The notes under the pieces were generated by a model. It had not been told where the DNA came from. It worked only from the letters and a program-made list of their open reading frames with translations, and did no database searches. A stretch of DNA of 64,000 nt from the human T2T-CHM13v2.0 reference genome, Homo sapiens. Every line of letters starts with the position of its first letter. Position 1 is the stretch's first letter. A program made the translations under genes and the position numbers. Positions 56,810 to 64,000 of this stretch are shown piece by piece. The DNA lies in NCBI RefSeq assembly GCF_009914755.1, contig NC_060934.1. The stretch is one strand, 5' to 3'.

Positions 56810-58579
56810 GTGTAACAGCAGCTCAGTGTAACAGTGGCCCACCGGCCACTAGGTGGGGGTGATATAGAGCAACAAAGCCTGAGGATGGAAGAAGGGTGTG
56901 GTGGCTGCTCACCCTGGGTGGGACATGCTCCCGAAGTGATTCCAGGTCCAGGAGGGCACGTTGCAGCAGCAGCTGGTCCATGGGGGTGGGGCACAACGTC
57001 AGTTCCTTCTCTGAGGGGAGTGCTGGGGCTGCTGGGCCCCTCTTGCTTCCTTATCCCCACAGGGAGACATCCCCTCTGCTTCAGGCTGATCCCTCTGGGG
57101 GATGGGTGGTGGGGGGCAGATATTTCCTTCTCTCCTTTATGTGACCATCCTAGTTTTCTGTGCTCTACTAGATTTCTGCTACTCCTTGATGCACTCTGGG
57201 GCTCTCCTTTAGTGACTTTCATCAAAATATAGTTGTTTGCTGCTTTGGCTGTCTTTGTCAGGGGATGAGCGCAAGGGGCTATTGATCGGCCCCTTGCTGG
57301 CATCACTCCCTCTTAAACTTTTCACTGGGTACTCTTTTGAACTATTTTTTTCCCCACCATATACATGTATTTTTAAAACATTAATGTGCTAATTTCTATT
57401 AAAGCAATGTGGATTTTTCTGAAAGTTTTAATGTTTTAATAAGCTTTTTATTGAAATGTTAATGTACATACAGAAGAGTGCCCAAATCATAAGTGTGCAG
57501 CTAGATGAACTGTAGCACACCAGCTGCCACGCCCTGGACCAAGCAGTAGCCTCGCCCTGTGGCCTCTCCCAGGCACTGCCTCCCCAACCCACAAAATAGC
57601 TACTTTGCCAGTTCCTGACGTAGATTTGTTCTGCCTGGTTTTGACTTTTATAAAATACAGCACATTCTATTTAGCCTGGCTTCTTTGGTTGAGTATTACA
57701 GAACACATCCATGTTCTTGTCTATGGCAGACATTGATTTATTGTCATTGTTGAGTTCCAGTATATGACTGTGTCACCATTTATCCATTGATGGGTAAAAT
57801 GATTTCCTATTTTTGGCCGTTATCCCACGGCCCTTAACACTAAGGTCTGGATATGGGACTTGCAGGTACGGAGGGGCACACACACTTCTGCTGGAGGATC
57901 CCTGGGTAGGGTGGAGACTCCAGGGCACCTGTGCTCTGCTTCAGTGTGGAGGCTTCTGTGTCGTGTTCTGGGAGCACAGCGGCTTGGCCTCCACCACCAG
58001 CAGCAGCTTAAAGAGTTCCTGCTGTTCCACGTGCTTGCTGACAATTGGCCTCTTCAGTTTTTTTTTTTTTATTTTAGGTTTTCAATGCCTGCCTGGACTT
58101 GTGTTTTCATTTAGATTTTGGTTTCTTAGAACTGTTGTTATTCTCTTCACAGCTTAACAATGCATTTGAAAAGATTTGTTTTCATGTGGAGTGTTCAGTT
58201 TTGTAATAAGAGGGTTGTTCAAGGCATCAGTCTGCCACTCTGCTAGAAACAGAAGTCTCCCAGGCATTTCTTTTTATATAAAGTAGTTAATGAAATTTTG
58301 AACCGTCTTACATGAATTTTTATTAAAATACACTTCAGGATGTGGTGCCCATTATCCATTCTACTCTTTTGTAACAAGTAGATTTCTCTGAATTCTTGAA
58401 TTCAAAAACAATCGGGGTTCCTAAACAAAGAATATGGAATATTATTGGGGATGATGTCTTTAATAATACATTTCAAGATAGGAGAAACTTGTTCTATATA
58501 GTTGACTTTAACAAAAGCCTAGGGCAAAACTTTCAATTTATTAACAGTATTTATGAGGCAGTTAAGAATTTGGGTCATC

Positions 58580-58764
58580 CTCCGTCTCCACTAAAAATAC
58601 AAAAAATTAGCCAGGCGTGGTGGCGGGCGCCTGTAGTCCCAGCTACTCGGGAGGCTGAGGCAAGAGAATGGCGTGAACCCAGGGGCAGAGGTTGCAGTGA
58701 GCCGAGATCATGCCACTGCACTCTAGCCTGGGCGACAGAGCGAGACTCCATCTCAAAAAAAAAA
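58580..58764 (+). mobile_element. 5'-truncated AluY-like
   Basis: 16-bp TSD AAGAATTTGGGTCATC. Confidence 0.9.
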
Positions 58765-58975
58765 GAATTTGGGTCATCTCAATTAAATATAGAATTTAAG
58801 ATTACCTTGAAAATTCAGTGCAGAGTATTTTGCCTTCATCTGTTGTTTGAGTCTCCCTTCTTTTAGCCATCCTTCCATCAGAAATAGAATACCAAGTTAA
58901 ACTTCTTAATTAGAATCAGGAATCAGGACTCTTTGGCTGCTGATTGAAGGAAGAACTGTCCTTAAATCCAGAGTG

Positions 58976-59290
58976 GGCCAGTTGTGGTGGCTCATGCCTG
59001 TAATCCTAGCACTTTGGGAGGCCAAGGCAGGTGGATCACCTGAGGTCAGGAGTTCAAGATTTCAAGACCAGCATGACCAACATGGTGAAACCCCATCTCT
59101 ACTGAAAATACAAAAATTAGCCGGGCGTGGTGGTGTGTGCCTGTAGTCCCAGATACTTGGGAGGCTGAGACAGGAGAATTGCTTGAACCCAGGAGGTGGA
59201 GGTTGCATGAGCCGAGATCACGGCACTGCTCTCTAGCCTGGGCGTCAAGGCAAGACTCCATCTCAAAAAAACAAAACAAAACAAAAAAAA
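58976..59290 (+). mobile_element. AluS
   Basis: Sense Alu. Confidence 0.9.
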
Positions 59291-59704
59291 CATCCAGAGT
59301 GGTTGATAGTCAAGACAAAAAGCTAGATTATTTTTGTTAGTCTGGGAAATAAGCACCTCAGTGGCCCAAAGACAAGGCCTGAAATTTCCATGAAAAGAAA
59401 CTGGGATCTATTCATCTGTTCTGTTGAGACCCCATAGTTCCATACCATAGAAATGGGCACAGTGGGTTTTGGGGGGAGAGTTGTAAGTGTAAGCTGTCTG
59501 TTCCTCTGTTTACTGAGAATTGTGGGTGTCCACTGAGGCAGTTCATATTTGGCAGATGATTGAGTCCTGATTTCTCAGGGCCGGCAGACTCTGGTGTTAC
59601 TAATCTTGTGGAAAAGTCAACCCATTGAGAAGATTTTATGCAGAAGTTTTAAATGCACATTGATCATAATTTGAATATGTCACAGTCTTTGTTTTTCTTT
59701 TCAG

Positions 59705-59866
59705 CCAATCCTGAGGCAAAAGAAACATTTTAATTCACTGCACATTCCAAAAGCCTTGCAGAAGGCCCTGCCATTTAAGAACAAGCCCAAGACCCAAGCA
59801 AAGGCAGGCAAGGTGCCAAAGGACAGGCGGAGACCGGCCGTCATACGCGAGCCTCATGAAAGAAAG
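59705..59866 (+). CDS. BMS1: BMS1 exon 22
   Basis: tttcag|CCAATC...AAG|gtactg; PILRQKKHFNSL...EPHERK. Confidence 0.96.
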
Positions 59867-60309
59867 GTACTGTTGCCCATGCTGTACTGCACGCTGCGTT
59901 TAGATAGGAAAAGAACACTCTCAATAGCACACTTCCTGTTTCTACTGTAGTCTCAGTTATTCAGGGCACTGGAACTAAAGTCAGAGGAAGAGCCAGAGTC
60001 CATTTCCCTTTCTTTGCCTGGTCCTGCTCTGCCCTGTGCTTTTCATGGGGGATAACAGGTACATGGCTGGGGAACCCTTCTGTCTCGGTTAGCTGCACAC
60101 AGTGTCCACAGAATGATGAACAGAGGTGGTAAAGGTAAAATGGGATCACACCTGTGTCTCCATGCCAACAATGACTTCCTAGCACAGGATGCATTTTCAT
60201 GCAGTTAATATTCATTTGGATCGTGGGTTGCCTCTAGTCTTAGTGCTTAGGATGCGAGTGTGTGGTGTCTGAGAGCATTCTGATACTCACCGGCTTTTGT
60301 CCTTGTCAG

Positions 60310-60540
60310 ATCCTTGCACTGCTGGATGCTCTGAGTACGGTGCATAGTCAGAAGATGAAGAAGGCCAAGGAGCAGCGGCACCTGCACAATAAAGAGCACT
60401 TCAGAGCCAAGCAGAAGGAGGAGGAGGAGAAGCTGAAGCGGCAGAAGGACCTCAGGAAGAAGCTCTTCAGAATTCAGGGGCAGAAGGAAAGAAGAAACCA
60501 GAAGTCCAGTTTGAAGGGGGCTGAGGGCCAATTGCAGTGA
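60310..60540 (+). CDS. BMS1: BMS1 exon 23 coding part (stop TGA 60538-60540)
   Basis: tgtcag|ATCCTT; ILALLDAL...GAEGQLQ*; cumulative CDS 3849 nt. Confidence 0.97.
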   Translation: MLALLDALSTVHSQKMKKAKEQRHLHNKEHFRAKQKEEEEKLKRQKDLRKKLFRIQGQKERRNQKSSLKGAEGQLQ

Positions 60541-60826
60541 GCCTTTGGACTGGAGGGACTGTCCCTGGATCTGCGGAGGTAGACAGTTTCAAACATCACA
60601 GTTTGAATGCCTGTGAATGACAAGTCAGTGGGAAAGAGCTCAAGAGATGTCTCTACTCAAACTGTGCCTGCAGGAGGAGGAACAGAGAAGCCTGGGCTGC
60701 TGGGACTGGGTTCATTCTCATGACTTGGGGCTGTCGAGATTTAAAGTGATGTAAGCTGTGGTTATGTGGATTCTCTTACTTTCCTCTGCCTGCCTCAGTT
60801 TAATTATTTTGTCCTACAGAAATATC

Positions 60827-60832
60827 ATTAAA
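60827..60832 (+). terminator. Proximal polyadenylation signal ATTAAA
   Basis: ATTAAA ~290 nt after the stop, followed by a U/GU-rich tract; further AATAAA at 62550, 62671, 62738 and 63760 are candidate distal signals. Confidence 0.6.
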
Positions 60833-61025
60833 ATATTTTTTTGTTACTTTTGGCTTAGTAGTTTTCATTAGGGATGAATGCCTGACAATTCTTTGTGGAT
60901 AATTATTTATACTACCACCTTCATGAGGAGTCTTCCAGAAGAGAAAGAAATATTCACTTGAACTCTGAGCTCCCATGGAAGATTTTAGAGAATAGTGTGT
61001 AGTGTTTTTGTTTTGTTTTTTGTTT

Positions 61026-61078
61026 GAGTGACACACAAACCTAGATGGTACAGCCTACTGTGCACCCAGGATCTATGG
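61026..61078 (+). repeat. 53-bp copy of 62885-62937
   Basis: 50/53 identical, first 41 nt exact. Confidence 0.9.
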
Positions 61079-61510
61079 GCTCCTTTGATCACTGGCCCTT
61101 GTGGACATTTTCTATCTTATTTCATATGTTCTGCACATTAGTATAGTGACAAGGTAACAGTAAGTACTTTTTTAAAGCTTTAGACTTAGGAGATTATTGT
61201 CTCAGGTGCAGAGACCAAGGAAATCGTATGTATCAGTGAGATAGGCTTCCCGTATTATGCTCATGCGTTATACCTGCCTAGCTACATTGCCTTTTTTTAA
61301 ATTAAACATTATGTTGAAGTAATCATACTATTACATAGGCGATGTATGTATTTTATGATTGTATGTTGATATAGTTATGGGGAATCTATTCCTATACGAT
61401 GTAATCATAGATTCACATATAGTTGTATATTTTGCCCAATTTCTCTCAGTGGTAATGTTTCACACATATAACAATCAGGATGTTGACATCAATACAGCCC
61501 GCTGATTTTA

Positions 61511-61993
<483 letters not shown>

Positions 61994-62804
61994 CACATTG
62001 CCTTTACAACATCATAGGGGCCAAAGAGGGTTGGCAGGATTATGAGCAGTTGGCCTAGTCTGAGAGGCTCTCTAAAAGCCTAAAGTCTGTAGGCAGGTGC
62101 TCAGCTTTGTATCTCCATAAGAAGGGAAGAGGATGTGAGGATCCTGTCAGGGCTAGGTCCACCTGGGAAGTGACAATTGGAACACTCCCAGACCTCTCTG
62201 GGCAACTCTGGGTGTACATTTTCCTCTGTTCCTCAAGAGCTATTATGAATTTCATCATCCATTATGCTGATAGGCCTGGGGACTGACACATAGTAAGCCC
62301 ATAACAATTATAATTTAAAACTAATTTGTTATATAGCATAATTGATATATTTTAAAATGCAAAACTATAATTCAACTAAAATATACAAGGCACTCAAGTC
62401 ATACCATGTTTTAAGTAGCTTACAAGGTGATCAGCAAGTGTCTTATACAACAAGCAAATTTGTTCAAAGAGAAGCATTGCAAATAAGTATTTATAATTGT
62501 ATAGTTTTATATTTTAGCCAGAAGAGTGGAATCCTTTAGCAATGGGGGAAATAAAAGAATGTTTAATTACAGTTGCAGATAATTGCCTTTTCCAAAGACA
62601 ATGTATGTAGGCAGAACTCATACCTGTTAATATTAAAAATCTTGGTTTATCATATTTGGAGAACAAGGGAAATAAAAAGTTTGCATATTAAGATTATTTA
62701 AACTAAAGTTAAGGAATCTCTAATGTCTGAAAGAAACAATAAATAGCATTTTTCATGTAGAATTTTTATTGGTGAAGGTTCCACCTGGCCAGGTTAGTAA
62801 AATA

Positions 62805-63127
62805 CAGTCACACATCAGTTAAGGATGGGGATATATTCTGAGAAATGTATCATTAGGCAATTTTGTCATTGTGTAAACATCATAGAGTGACACACAAACC
62901 TAGATGGTACAGCCTACTGTGCACCTGGGCTCTATGGTATGGCCTGTTGCTCCTAGGCTACAAACCTGGGCAGCATGTGACTGTACTGACTACTGTAGGC
63001 AGTTGTAACACAGTGGTAAACATTTGTGTATCGAAACATAGAAAAGGCGTAGCAAAAATACAGTATTGTGGAACCACTGCCATATACGTGGTCCATCCTT
63101 GACTGAACATCATGCGGCATGTGGCTG
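62805..63127. mobile_element. Tigger3 (Golem)-type DNA transposon
   Basis: CAGTCA...GGCTG termini, TA TSD, internal TTCTGAGAAATG...ACACAAACCTAGATGGTA. Confidence 0.85.
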
Positions 63128-64000
63128 TATGTATACACATAGTTTTTGCTGTGAGTTTGCATCCATCTCATAGGAAGACATATATCAAAATAAGGACCAG
63201 ACTGGAGAGTGTGTAAATTACTTTTCAATACTAATGGCTTATTAATTTGATATTGTCAGCAAGTATGTTGCAAAAACAAATTCCACCAGAATGTGAGTTC
63301 CATGAGAGCAGGAACTGGGTTGTTCACCTTGTTGGCACTTGGAGTAGAGCCACTGAGCTTCGTGCTGCATAAAATTGCTTGGAAGAAAGAAGGGAGGGCA
63401 TTCCAGGTAACTGAAGCATTGCTATGCAAAGTAAGCATTTGCCCTCTGAAATATTTTAACAATGTTTATAGAAACCTTTCTCAATTGTATTAAACTTTGT
63501 AAATTGTAAAAATTATTCTGTTATACCTTTTCTATTTACTAGGCACAGGCAGCCATAGGTGCTAGGTATGTTTTGAAAACATATTGAACCTACAGTGTAC
63601 ATATCATTCCATGCCATTAAATATTCTTATTTAATCATAGATGTGTTCAGGTGTGTTTGGTTTCCTATTTGTGGATGTACTAGATTGTTTTCTTTTTTTA
63701 ACAAAACCTGTGAACTTGCTTTAAGTATTATCATTTGGTGACATGCCCGCCATTTCAGAAATAAATGTTTGAGCAAAGAGGAAAGCCACCGGGTCTGATT
63801 CAGCTCTCTGGAGGCTCCAGAGCTTACCTCGCTGATGGGAAAAAGAGCATCGATTTAATTGCCCTTGGTACCGACTTCTAGTATCTAGTATTTTGCCAGA
63901 CTCAGGTATTTCTTAAAGCCATTATTCAGAGTCTTCAGCAAGGACATTGTATTTTACTTGTGTCTCCTTAGTTTTACCTAGTTTATTTCATGGTTTTAAA

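Overview
Primate (very likely human) genomic DNA containing essentially the whole BMS1 gene (ribosome-biogenesis GTPase of the SSU processome) on the + strand. It has a CpG-island promoter (~11.9-12.55 kb), a non-coding exon 1 and 22 coding exons. Spliced by hand at GT-AG junctions, these give a 3849-nt ORF (ATG 13846 to TGA 60538-60540, 1282 aa) with no frameshift. The first ~11.9 kb is intergenic and repeat-rich (MER52-type solo LTR, THE1/MST/MLT MaLR LTRs, L2, Alus), and the introns are dominated by antisense L1 and Alu elements. I found no convincing new gene or biological system. The best non-routine observations are: (i) a 136-bp intron-12 segment copied into intron 3 between 13-bp direct repeats; (ii) an antisense U13/SNORD13 retrocopy in intron 13; (iii) an antisense U6 retrocopy split by an Alu downstream of the stop codon; (iv) a 53-bp local copy of a Tigger3 segment in the 3' region; (v) a ~75-bp duplicated target site with an L1 inserted at the equivalent position of both copies; (vi) a UG-rich minisatellite with higher-order structure; (vii) young AluYa/L1PA2 insertions; (viii) a 3-codon uORF. 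Repeat family names and reference comparisons come from recollection, not from a database search.
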